Shown here piece after piece: positions 38,333-46,950 of a stretch of DNA of 64,000 nt (positions are counted from its first letter, which is position 1; the number at the start of each line of letters is the position of its first letter). This DNA is from Patescibacteria group bacterium (GTDB lineage: Bacteria; Patescibacteriota; Minisyncoccia; Phycocordibacterales; UBA918). The stretch lies in NCBI GenBank assembly GCA_040386275.1, contig JAZKFU010000003.1, positions 46,554 through 110,553 of the forward strand, written 5' to 3'. Under the pieces are notes generated by a model that was given only the letters and a program-made list of their open reading frames with translations, did no database searches and was not told the DNA's origin. The translations under genes were made by a program, and so were the position numbers.

Positions 38333-39535
38333 TTACTCCATCACTATCCGCACCAAAGACACCTGGGCTCCCTCCACCGCTACATAGACTGCTCCATCGG
38401 TGGGACCAACCGCTACATCCCGCACCCGCCAGCCTTCTTCTTTTAAGAGTGGTGCTTCTTCTATTAAACCTAAGTTAGTAACGGTAAAGCGAGCGAGGTA
38501 GCGACCGGCGAGACCACCGACTAATAAACTACCGCGCCAGGCTGGAAACATGTCACCGGTATAAAAAGTCATCCCCGCCGGCGGAAATCCGCTGGTACCA
38601 CATGACCACACAAACACTGGCGGCACGGTGTCAGGACGCTCTGCCGGCAACACCCCAAACGGTCGTCTCGTTACATAACTACACGCTTCGTGCGCTTCGG
38701 GCCATCCGTAGTTACCACCGGCTTTTATTATGTTAATCTCATCTCCTTGAAACTCGCCATGTTCACTGGACCATAGTTCATCAGTGTCCGGACGAAGCGC
38801 TAACCCTTGCGGGTTGCGGTGACCATACGAGTAAATCTCATTCAATATCGATTGATTAGTTACAAACGGATTATCAACGGGAATACTCCCATCCCGGTTC
38901 AACCGAATAATAGAACCATACGGATTTTGGGTATTTTGTGCCGTATGATCTTCAAAATTTTTATCTCCTCTGTCTCCTAACGTGAAATAAATGAACTGAT
39001 CTTTAACCACCAGCCGTGACCCAAAATGAGTCCCGCCGCTTTGATACGGTGCCGTATACAAGTCAGTCACATTATTCAGACTCTTTGTGGCGCTATCAAG
39101 TTGTGCACTTGCTACACGTGTAGCTTTACCACCCTCGCCCGCAACAGCATAGGTAAGGAAAATCACCTGGTCTTGCGCAAACTCAGGCGACACCGCCACA
39201 TCAAGCAATCCTCCCTGACCCTGAGTAGTAACCGCTGGTATATTTTCAATAGTGGAAATTTCTTTTGACGCAGTATCAATTAGATAGAGTTTCCCTAATC
39301 TTTCCGTAGCCAGCAACTGTGTTGTACCCGGAATAAACTCAAGCCCCCACAACTGCCCCACCCCTTCCGCCACCGCCTCAACCACTACCGACCCCACGTT
39401 CTCCATCTCCTGCCGCACCGGCAAAGCCACCTCCGGCACAGACGTGCGATTAGAGTAAGCAATATAACCCAATACACCCACCCCGATACTAACGAGCAGT
39501 AAAACCAAACCAAGAATTTTTAATCCCAATTTCAT
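38333..39535 (-). CDS. PQQ-dependent sugar dehydrogenase-like beta-propeller (soluble glucose/sorbosone dehydrogenase family)
   Basis: LWGLEFIPGTTQLLATERLGKLYLID and EHGEFQGDEINIIKAGGNYGWP motifs. Signal anchor. Confidence 0.7.
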   Translation of the reverse strand: MKLGLKILGLVLLLVSIGVGVLGYIAYSNRTSVPEVALPVRQEMENVGSVVVEAVAEGVGQLWGLEFIPGTTQLLATERLGKLYLIDTASKEISTIENIPAVTTQGQGGLLDVAVSPEFAQDQVIFLTYAVAGEGGKATRVASAQLDSATKSLNNVTDLYTAPYQSGGTHFGSRLVVKDQFIYFTLGDRGDKNFEDHTAQNTQNPYGSIIRLNRDGSIPVDNPFVTNQSILNEIYSYGHRNPQGLALRPDTDELWSSEHGEFQGDEINIIKAGGNYGWPEAHEACSYVTRRPFGVLPAERPDTVPPVFVWSCGTSGFPPAGMTFYTGDMFPAWRGSLLVGGLAGRYLARFTVTNLGLIEEAPLLKEEGWRVRDVAVGPTDGAVYVAVEGAQVSLVRIVME

Positions 39536-39636
39536 ACCTCCATTTTACATTAATTGAACAATGTTGAAATCTTTATAATTTTTAATATTTCTCTTTAACC
39601 TTGAGTATTCTAGAATAACTATAATATAATCATTCT

Positions 39637-40623
39637 ATGAGCTTAGATATTTCTCTAAAACATGTTCTAGGCATTTACCGCTCACCAAACCTTATTGTGT
39701 ATAGAAGTTTTTCTAACAAAGACACTATCACTATCATCGGTCGAGTCGTTGAAAGTATTGAAAAATCAACACCATCTTCACTTATAGGAAACGCTCTTTC
39801 ATTGCTACGTAATTACCTAGCCAAGCCGTACAATAATATTGAGGTGACTATCATTTCAGATAGTAGCATCACTAAATCCATCACCAATGTTAATGGTATT
39901 TTTGAAGTAGTAGTCCCATTTGCAGAGAATATACGCGTGAAGCTCGGGGAGAAAATTCTATCAGTGGAAATTGCGGCCTCGTCTAATAATGCCGCGTATG
40001 GAATAATCTCTGATATTGATGACACTATTCTTATTTCAAATTCGGCTCGAACATTGAAACTTCTCTATCTCCTCTTTACAAAAAATGCACACTCTCGGAA
40101 ACCCTTCCCCGGAGTGGCCGAATTCTATCAAGCCTTAGTAGAAAATAATAATCCGATTTTTTACGTATCATCAAGTGCCTGGAATATCTATAACCTTCTC
40201 ATTGAGTTCATGGAAATCAACCATATACCGAAAGGTCCGTTACTTCTAAAAGAAGTCGGTGGAGTTCGTTCCATATTCAAGACGGCGGGAAAACACGGAC
40301 ATAAAAGTGAACGCATCAAAATGATTCTTGAGAAGTATCCTCATCTACCGTTCATCCTTATTGGTGACAGTGGCCAGCGTGATGCCGAAATATACAGCCT
40401 CATCGCCAAAGAATACCCTGATAGAATAAAGGTAATTTATATCCGTGATGTAACCTTGCGTGAAAATGAAATTGTAAAAAAAGCTATTAATACCTTAGAA
40501 AATAAAGTCGAGTTGGTACTTGTAAAAACTTCAAAAGAAGCAGCCGACCACGCTCTGCAAAAAGGATATATTACAAAACGAGAGAAAGAGAATATTAAAG
40601 AGGGTGTTGTGATGGAACAGTAG
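39637..40623 (+). CDS. APP1-family phosphatidate phosphatase-like protein (DUF2183, HAD-like)
   Basis: GIISDIDDTILISN (the SDIDDT catalytic motif of App1-like phosphatases). Confidence 0.55.
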   Translation: MSLDISLKHVLGIYRSPNLIVYRSFSNKDTITIIGRVVESIEKSTPSSLIGNALSLLRNYLAKPYNNIEVTIISDSSITKSITNVNGIFEVVVPFAENIRVKLGEKILSVEIAASSNNAAYGIISDIDDTILISNSARTLKLLYLLFTKNAHSRKPFPGVAEFYQALVENNNPIFYVSSSAWNIYNLLIEFMEINHIPKGPLLLKEVGGVRSIFKTAGKHGHKSERIKMILEKYPHLPFILIGDSGQRDAEIYSLIAKEYPDRIKVIYIRDVTLRENEIVKKAINTLENKVELVLVKTSKEAADHALQKGYITKREKENIKEGVVMEQ

Positions 40624-41524
40624 TTCGAGGAATAATCATGCACAATGACTGGGGAATTATCTTGTAACGTAATGGAGTCTGTAGCTTTATAACTTCCCCA
40701 TCGAGTGAAACCCATACCTTGGACTTATTAGCATGTATTTCAATCTCATCAATCGCAGTTGTCGTAAACCCTAATTGGTTCTTTACATCCATAAACAAAG
40801 AACGGAAAGCTAAAAGAAATATCCTCCATCTGCCCATCTCCTTCGCTATTGAAAGTTGAAGCTTGCCTGAAGTAAAATCCTGCCTGCTTGATAATACATC
40901 CAGTCCACCAAAATCAAATATATTGTTTCCTACAAATATGAGCGGTGTTCGCACCTTCATTTCTGAATCATTTTTTTTAATCACAAATGAATACGACGAA
41001 TATTCTTTCATACATTCATACATCGACATACCAAAAGCGGGCCATTTTTTCCATGATTTTTTCTGATAGGCTGTCCTTCGTTTTATAATTTGCGTATAAA
41101 ATCCAATACAAGAGAAGTTTACAAACGTTCGGCCGTTCACCTCAGCCGTATCAATATTGATAGTTTCACCCGTCATGACAGTGTCAAAGGCTTGAGGAAT
41201 ATTAGTACCGATACCAATATGTTTTGCAAAATGATTGAAGGTTCCTGCTGGAATGACCGCCATACGAATGGATGACCCGGTGAGGTAATTTGCAACCAAG
41301 TTAACCGTCCCATCACCCCCTACAGCAATAATGGTTCCTGGAGATAGTGACTCCACTTTTTTATCAAACATTTCTTTTTCCAGAATATCTTCAACAGATA
41401 CAGTAGTCACTTCAAAACCATATTCTGTAAGCGAGACTATCCCCTCCTCAATTTCTTTTTGTATTTTCTGCTCACCCAAAGCAAGACCAGATTTTGAGTT
41501 CCTAATAAGAAGGATAGGTTCCAT
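40595..41524 (-). CDS. DAGK_cat-domain lipid kinase (YegS/BmrU family)
   Basis: IIAVGGDGTVNLVAN glycine-rich ATP-binding motif. Its 3' end overlaps the convergent APP1-like gene by 29 nt. Confidence 0.8.
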   Translation of the reverse strand: MEPILLIRNSKSGLALGEQKIQKEIEEGIVSLTEYGFEVTTVSVEDILEKEMFDKKVESLSPGTIIAVGGDGTVNLVANYLTGSSIRMAVIPAGTFNHFAKHIGIGTNIPQAFDTVMTGETINIDTAEVNGRTFVNFSCIGFYTQIIKRRTAYQKKSWKKWPAFGMSMYECMKEYSSYSFVIKKNDSEMKVRTPLIFVGNNIFDFGGLDVLSSRQDFTSGKLQLSIAKEMGRWRIFLLAFRSLFMDVKNQLGFTTTAIDEIEIHANKSKVWVSLDGEVIKLQTPLRYKIIPQSLCMIIPRTTVPSQHPL

Positions 41525-41610
41525 ATAAATTTATTGTAACATTTTGGCGTACCACATTGGCCTTATGGGACGATGTTAGAACTTTTTTAATTGAAAACAA
41601 CTAGTATATA

Positions 41611-41769
41611 GAGCTGCCGATCAGGGACTCGAAGCTATACAGCTTCAGTACACCTTGTCGCTCATTTGTTTCCTATCGTAACAAAAGAGCTGGCAAGGTC
41701 TTCGAGTCCCTAATCGGACTAGCAATGGCAAAGGCCACAAATGTATTCACATTTGTGGCCTGCCTTTGC
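41611..41769. repeat. tRNA-Gln-linked hairpin element (copy F) plus spacer hairpin
   Basis: 41613-41633 (gctgccgatcagggactcgaa) duplicates the tRNA-Gln 3' end at 41770-41790. Core 41634-41710 has the ACACCTTGTC/GGCAAGGTC stem and ends in ttcgagtccctaatcgg, an inverted copy of the tRNA 3' end. Perfect hairpin GGCCACAAAT-n-ATTTGTGGCC at 41732-41760. Confidence 0.7.
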
Positions 41770-41839
41770 TGCCGATCAGGGACTCGAACCCCAATGACTT
41801 CCTCCAGAGGGAAGCATCCTACCATTAGATGAATCGGCA
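41769..41839 (-). tRNA. tRNA-Gln (anticodon CTG)
   Basis: Minus-strand cloverleaf: acceptor TGCCGAT/ATCGGCA (U1-A72 as in bacterial tRNA-Gln), D-loop with GG, anticodon stem CTTCC/GGAAG with loop CTCTGGA, T-arm TGGGG-TTCGAGT-CCCTG. Ends are +/-2 nt. Confidence 0.7.
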
Positions 41840-41850
41840 AAATTTTGTAA

Positions 41851-41880
41851 GTACGAGGTTAAACCTCGTACTTTTTCTTT
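41851..41880 (+). terminator. Hairpin + T-run (GTACGAGG-ttaaa-CCTCGTAC-TTTTTCTTTT); terminator-like on plus strand or a processing hairpin upstream of tRNA-Gln
   Basis: Perfect 8-bp stem then a T-run. No obvious plus-strand gene upstream. Confidence 0.3.
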
Positions 41881-42000
41881 TAATTTGGTTTGAAAGCGGT
41901 GGCTCTATAGTGCCAGAAATTGGGGAAGTTTCAAGGTAAGGATGTTTGGTTGGTACAAGATGGAGGGGTAACAAGTTCGAGGTCTCGCCTCGAACTTGGA

Positions 42001-42633
42001 TTAAGTGTGGTGTAATAATTTCCAGCCGGTTTTGTGGTGTTTTTGTTGGTTCTCAGTGGGTTTTGTGTAGCGGACGTGGGTTACGCTGCTGTTGCGCATT
42101 TTTAGGATTTTGAAGAAGAGAATGAAGGCGCGCCAGAGATTTAGTTTTTCGGGGTGAACCATGTGTTCGGTGAAGAAATTAATGAAGACTGAGTGTGAGA
42201 CTATTACCACCTCACTATCGTCGGGCATTTTTTCTAGATGACGACGAGCATGCCCGAGACGATGGACAAAACTGGCGTAGGTTTCGCCGTCATGCATTGA
42301 GCTTTTTTTGTAGCCTAAAAACCACGCTATCATATATGATAGCGCCTTGAATCCAGTCAGTCGCTCCCCTACTAATGATTTTGGTTGGTGGAGTTCTTCA
42401 AACGGTGGGTAGGTTTCCGGAGTAAGTCCGGTAAGCTCTGCGATATACGACGCACTTTGAATAGCGCGCACGTTGGTGCTTACAATAATGTGAGTGGGTT
42501 TTTTGGCAGCGACTTTGATGGCGGCGGTTTTGGCTTGGGCTGTCCCCACTTCATTTAATTTTGTTTCCGGGTGCTGATGTCTGTTAGCAACATTGCCATC
42601 AGTGCGTCCGTGCCGTACGAGATAAACTTCCAT
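42001..42633 (-). CDS. Histidine phosphatase family protein (phosphoglycerate mutase-like)
   Basis: VYLVRHGRTDGN RHG catalytic motif at the N terminus. Confidence 0.8.
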   Translation of the reverse strand: MEVYLVRHGRTDGNVANRHQHPETKLNEVGTAQAKTAAIKVAAKKPTHIIVSTNVRAIQSASYIAELTGLTPETYPPFEELHQPKSLVGERLTGFKALSYMIAWFLGYKKSSMHDGETYASFVHRLGHARRHLEKMPDDSEVVIVSHSVFINFFTEHMVHPEKLNLWRAFILFFKILKMRNSSVTHVRYTKPTENQQKHHKTGWKLLHHT

Positions 42634-42635
42634 AC

Positions 42636-43676
42636 CTACACAGACGCGGCAGTTGCTTCAACTATCATTACTTCTAGTGGTAACTGCGGGAGAGGGCTTT
42701 TGGTAGTTTGATCACAGACTGTAAGGAGCTTGAGGAGCATATGTGAATTTAATGGAGTTGTAGCAGACGCTGCGATAGTGGTTAAAGTAGTACGAATGGA
42801 TTCGCTAAATGACGCGATGATGACGTCTTTTTGTTCGGGACGATTACGCAGTAACATTACAGCCCGCACGTGCTCGAGTACCACGCGCACCAGTAGCTTC
42901 ATCTCTACATGACTCGTGACTGCAGCCTCAACCGCCGCTAAAGCGGCGTCAGTTTTTTTCTCGTGCAATGCCGTGAGCAACGCCTCGATAATCGCGAGTT
43001 TCGGCGCACCGATAATGGCTGCTACTTCATCACTACTACCAATCGTGTCGCCTGACGCCATGATGACTTTTTGGGTAATACCTAAGGCATCACGAAACGA
43101 TCCGTCAGCGGCTACGGCAATTAAATCAGCGGCATCGGGACTAAGGATAAATCCTTCACGTGAAGCAACGTCTGTGACGGTAGCTGAAAGAATAGTACGG
43201 GTGGGAGCGCGGAGTTTAAAGACCTGCAATCGTGACAAAATAGTGTCTGGCAACTTTTCTTCCTCGGTCGTGGCGAGCATAAAGACTACATGCGCGGGTG
43301 GCTCTTCGAGGGTCTTTAATAACGCGTTAAACGCCTCTTTGGTGAGCATGTGGACCTCGTCGATGATGTATACCTTGTACTTTGATTCAAAGGGTACCGT
43401 ATGCACGGCTTCGCGTAGTTCACGAATGTCATCAATCCCCCGGTTACTAGCGGCGTCAATTTCGTAGAGGTCAACGGCACTTGTGCCTATCTCGCGCGCA
43501 AAGATGCGTGCAAGCGTCGTTTTACCGGTTCCGCGGGAGCCAGAAAATAAGACGGCGTGCGGAATAGATTTTTTGGCAATGGCACCTTTAAGGACGGTCA
43601 CGATGTGTTCCTGGTCACGGACTTCATCAAAGGTGTTGGGGCGATATTTACGATAGAGGGCTGCGTGTTCTGGCAT
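42636..43676 (-). CDS. dnaX: DNA polymerase III subunit gamma/tau, short form
   Basis: Walker A GSRGTGKTT and DEVHML Walker B / sensor motifs of clamp-loader AAA+ subunits. 346 aa with no tau extension. Confidence 0.8.
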   Translation of the reverse strand: MPEHAALYRKYRPNTFDEVRDQEHIVTVLKGAIAKKSIPHAVLFSGSRGTGKTTLARIFAREIGTSAVDLYEIDAASNRGIDDIRELREAVHTVPFESKYKVYIIDEVHMLTKEAFNALLKTLEEPPAHVVFMLATTEEEKLPDTILSRLQVFKLRAPTRTILSATVTDVASREGFILSPDAADLIAVAADGSFRDALGITQKVIMASGDTIGSSDEVAAIIGAPKLAIIEALLTALHEKKTDAALAAVEAAVTSHVEMKLLVRVVLEHVRAVMLLRNRPEQKDVIIASFSESIRTTLTTIAASATTPLNSHMLLKLLTVCDQTTKSPLPQLPLEVMIVEATAASV

Positions 43677-43693
43677 TCTTTGATTATAGCAGA

Positions 43694-44560
43694 TTAGTTT
43701 TCAGTTGCAGAATTGTGGACACTATCGCGTAATATTTGCATGTCAGCTTTGAGATTAGTACTACCTAAAATGATATATCCCAGGGTGAGGGTGCGACCAT
43801 CAATTTCTTCGTTAAATACAGCGACGGCGGTGCGGCCAGCGGCAGTGGTGTATCCATGTTTACCCCCTTTATACCCCTCTAACCCCACAAACGGATTGTT
43901 ATTCATCCAACCAGTCTGCGTTCCGATATATTGGGGCAGTAAGGTAATATCAAACACATGAGGTTGGTTGCGGTAGACAGAAGCAACGAGCACCTGCAAA
44001 TCATTAACGGTAGAAACGGTATCATCGCTAAATCCTGACGGGTCGGTAAAGAGTGTGTCGGTTGCGCCCACTGACTGACTGAGCGTATTCATTTTTTCCA
44101 GTATTACACCCTTTGAGGCCCGCCCTAACGTTGCAGCGGCATCATTGGAGGACTCAAGCAGTAACGGGAACAAAAGTTCCTGGTAAGAATATTCATCCCC
44201 ATGAGTTAGTTTCCCTGCTCCCCCTTCGGCTTCTAAATCGGCAAAGTGAATAGTAGTCGTAGCATTAAGCGGACCGTGAGATACCAACGCCGCTCCCGCA
44301 AATAATTTAGCCACGGAAGCTATCGGCACGATAGTGTCTTTGCCACCTGCCACAAGCATCGCACCACTAGATACATCAAACACACCAAAGGTAGTGGTGG
44401 TCAGTTCGGGAGTTACTACAATAACGGGCAAGGGGGTGGTCGCTGATATGGCCAATTGTTTACTGACCCCATCGTGGTGCAAAGAAAAAACCCCAATCAA
44501 AAACACCATGATGGAAACAAAGACAGCCACATGCGTATAAAACCAAAAGCGACGAATCAT
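43694..44560 (-). CDS. Serine-type D-Ala-D-Ala carboxypeptidase (peptidase S11, PBP5/6-like)
   Basis: SVAKLF (SxxK), LLESSNDAA (SxN) and a KGG(K) triad. N-terminal TM. Confidence 0.7.
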   Translation of the reverse strand: MIRRFWFYTHVAVFVSIMVFLIGVFSLHHDGVSKQLAISATTPLPVIVVTPELTTTTFGVFDVSSGAMLVAGGKDTIVPIASVAKLFAGAALVSHGPLNATTTIHFADLEAEGGAGKLTHGDEYSYQELLFPLLLESSNDAAATLGRASKGVILEKMNTLSQSVGATDTLFTDPSGFSDDTVSTVNDLQVLVASVYRNQPHVFDITLLPQYIGTQTGWMNNNPFVGLEGYKGGKHGYTTAAGRTAVAVFNEEIDGRTLTLGYIILGSTNLKADMQILRDSVHNSATEN

Positions 44561-44602
44561 TACGTTCTATGATACCACTCGCACGGAATGTATGAAGAAC
44601 GG

Positions 44603-44642
44603 TAATAAACAAATACACAGGCACCATGTGTGCCTGTGTATT
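44603..44642. other. Strong intergenic hairpin (16-bp perfect stem ACAAATACACAGGCAC/GTGCCTGTGTATTTGT)
   Basis: Perfect inverted repeat between 43694..44560 and 44662..45120. No clear U-tract. Confidence 0.5.
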
Positions 44643-44661
44643 TGTTGTATGGTTACTATAA

Positions 44662-45120
44662 TTATTCAGCTTTCTTCGCTGGAGCTTTCTTTGCAGCAGT
44701 TTTCTTAGCGGGAGCAGCTTTTTTAGCTGGAGCTGCTTTCTTTACCGCTTTGGCTACCGCTTTTTTCTTTGGGGCCGCTTCTTTTTCAATTTTATTCCAA
44801 TAGTCTTTCATTTCTTTTTTGAATCCAGAAATGTCGACTTTAGAGGCTTGTTTCATGTCGGTGTATACACCGGCTACGGTATCAATTACTTGTTCGTATT
44901 CTTCTTTAGACATTTGTTTGGCTTGCTCAAGCTTTTCGAGAACTTCAGCTTTGGCTTTAAGCGCCCAACTCTTTACCACCTGTCGATTTTTACTAGCGCC
45001 TTTACTTCCGTACAAAAAGTACGTTCCGGCTGCTGCGACGGCAGCTGCAGTTAAGCCAACTCCCAAACCAATTTTTTGTCCGTCAGTTAACACTTCTCCG
45101 TTTGATTTTTTTGTTGCCAT
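44662..45120 (-). CDS. Membrane-anchored protein with histone H1-like Lys/Ala/Pro-rich C-terminal tail
   Basis: N-terminal TM (IGLGVGLTAAAVAAAG), central helical region, C-terminal (A)KKAAPAKK repeats. Confidence 0.55.
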   Translation of the reverse strand: MATKKSNGEVLTDGQKIGLGVGLTAAAVAAAGTYFLYGSKGASKNRQVVKSWALKAKAEVLEKLEQAKQMSKEEYEQVIDTVAGVYTDMKQASKVDISGFKKEMKDYWNKIEKEAAPKKKAVAKAVKKAAPAKKAAPAKKTAAKKAPAKKAE

Positions 45121-45130
45121 ATAAACAATA

Positions 45131-45448
45131 TTATTCTTTATCAGTTATAACAAGTTCTTTTTTAACGCGTGAGGAACGACTTTTGCGACCACCGCCTGAA
45201 AAGCGCGTCGCAAAACGAATGAGATGCGAGAGTATGCCTCCATTTGCAACAAAGGCACGCGCAGCGCTAATATCTTCCGCAATCAAATCACTACCCGCCT
45301 CAATTTTGGATAAAATTGCGCGAATAGAAGAAATAATTTTTATGACTCCATACATTGCAATGAATACCATAATTGAAAAAATTATAGTCGCAATGCTTGC
45401 AATCAAGAAGAAAATATTCGCATGCAAAATCTCTGACATCATTATCAT
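45131..45448 (-). CDS. Small hypothetical membrane protein
   Basis: 105 aa, one TM. The overlapping plus ORF 45102..45740 is judged spurious. Confidence 0.35.
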   Translation of the reverse strand: MIMMSEILHANIFFLIASIATIIFSIMVFIAMYGVIKIISSIRAILSKIEAGSDLIAEDISAARAFVANGGILSHLIRFATRFSGGGRKSRSSRVKKELVITDKE

Positions 45449-45507
45449 TATACTATACCGACAGATATTACTTAAATTATTTCGGGGACAAAATATTTTT
45501 TACACTA

Positions 45508-46605
45508 CTACAGAGAGTGTTGGGCGAGAAATTTTGCTACGACCGCCTCGACTTCGCTTGGGGTATCTTGCGCCATTAATTCTTGTCGCAGCGGGACGGC
45601 ACCCGGAAATCCGTTTACGTACGCTTTGTAGTGTTTTTTCATCACGGAGAAATTTTTGTGGGGTAATAATTCACAAAAGAGATAACTATGCTCCACCATC
45701 ACCCGCAACCGTTCCGGGATTGAAACGTACTCAACGGTAGTATCAGACGTATCGTTAGCTGAAATATCTTCCAAGGGCACCCCATGGGTAGGCAACACTT
45801 TAAACCGTAAGGGCAAGCCTTTGGTCGGGTGGAAAAACCACGGGTTACCAAATAACGCCCGCCCCACCATCGCTCCATCAGCGCCTGAGTAATTAATTTT
45901 AGCCAAAGCATCAGCTTGTGATAAAACGTCTCCATTGCCAATAATTTTAGTTTCGGGCGCGAGCTCGTTTCGTAATTCAACGACGCGCTTCACCCGTTCC
46001 CACCGTGCGGGCACCTTACTCATATCTTTGCGCGTACGGGCGTGCACAGACAATGCAGCAACATGTTCGTTAAGTAACACCGGAATCCAATCTTCTATTT
46101 GATCTTGGTTGTACCCCAGTCGCGTTTTTACCGATACCGGAATTCCTCCGTCGTCACTTTTAGCCCCACGTTTGGCGGCCCGAATAATTTCCACTGCTAA
46201 TTCGGGGGTTTTTATCATCGCCGCTCCACACCCTTGATCGATTATCGCTCCAGCCGGACACCCCATATTTATATCCACGCCATCAAACCCTAATTCAAGA
46301 CACAGCGCAGCTGCATACTCCATATGCTCTGGGTTACGGGTAAAAAGCTGGGCGACTAACGGGCGCTCTATTTCGCTATAGAGCAGGTCCATCATGAGTT
46401 TCTTTTTTCCTTCCGGGGTAGCCCGGACCAATCCGTCAGCGGCGACAAATTCCGTCCACATCACATCAGGACCACCCACAGTGCCGTCGGCTCTAGTATG
46501 CCGGGAATAGGTGGCTATCATTTTTCTGAAGGCAGCATCAGTCACATCCGCCATCGGCGCTACAGCGAGAATGGGAGTATGTATGCTCTGCCAAAAATTA
46601 CTCAT
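45508..46605 (-). CDS. dus: tRNA-dihydrouridine synthase
   Basis: LAVAPMADVTDAAFR and GFDGVDINMGCPA FMN-binding TIM-barrel motifs. Start set at MSNFWQS; the longer ORF to 46713 has a non-conserved leader. Confidence 0.85.
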   Translation of the reverse strand: MSNFWQSIHTPILAVAPMADVTDAAFRKMIATYSRHTRADGTVGGPDVMWTEFVAADGLVRATPEGKKKLMMDLLYSEIERPLVAQLFTRNPEHMEYAAALCLELGFDGVDINMGCPAGAIIDQGCGAAMIKTPELAVEIIRAAKRGAKSDDGGIPVSVKTRLGYNQDQIEDWIPVLLNEHVAALSVHARTRKDMSKVPARWERVKRVVELRNELAPETKIIGNGDVLSQADALAKINYSGADGAMVGRALFGNPWFFHPTKGLPLRFKVLPTHGVPLEDISANDTSDTTVEYVSIPERLRVMVEHSYLFCELLPHKNFSVMKKHYKAYVNGFPGAVPLRQELMAQDTPSEVEAVVAKFLAQHSL

Positions 46606-46950
46606 AGTGTTTGCGAAAGCTTTGCTTGCAGTGTACTGTACAAGAAGAAACGATAAACGCAAGGGACAAAGGGATGAGTAAACTAGAAGTAGCCAAGGCA
46701 ACCGTACTGGCAACTGCCTCAGGATTCAGTACCTACTTTACCCTCAAAGGATTTGCCGATCTCCTGCAAATCTACGTATTTCAAATTCTTGGTCTCTATT
46801 TTTTAATCAAGTTTTTGTTGGTCGCATCTCATGGCATATTTTGCCTTCTCGGTGAAAAAGGTGGCGAGGAATTTCAAGAATATGCCTGTCGGATTCTTAA
46901 AATCAAATAAACTCCTTTGAGCTCGCCATAGCAGACTATGGCGGGCTTTT

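Noticed and set aside
41611-41725. A second tRNA gene upstream of tRNA-Gln (contains a GGGACTCGAA/TTCGAGTCCC T-arm-like sequence)
   Set aside because: Only the 3' T-loop/acceptor portion is tRNA-like. No D-arm or anticodon arm can be folded. It is the inverted/direct 3'-end copy that bounds the hairpin element.
45102-45740. 212-aa plus ORF overlapping the small membrane protein and dus
   Set aside because: It runs antisense to the clearly real dus gene (conserved Dus motifs) and has a low-complexity R/L/I-rich product.
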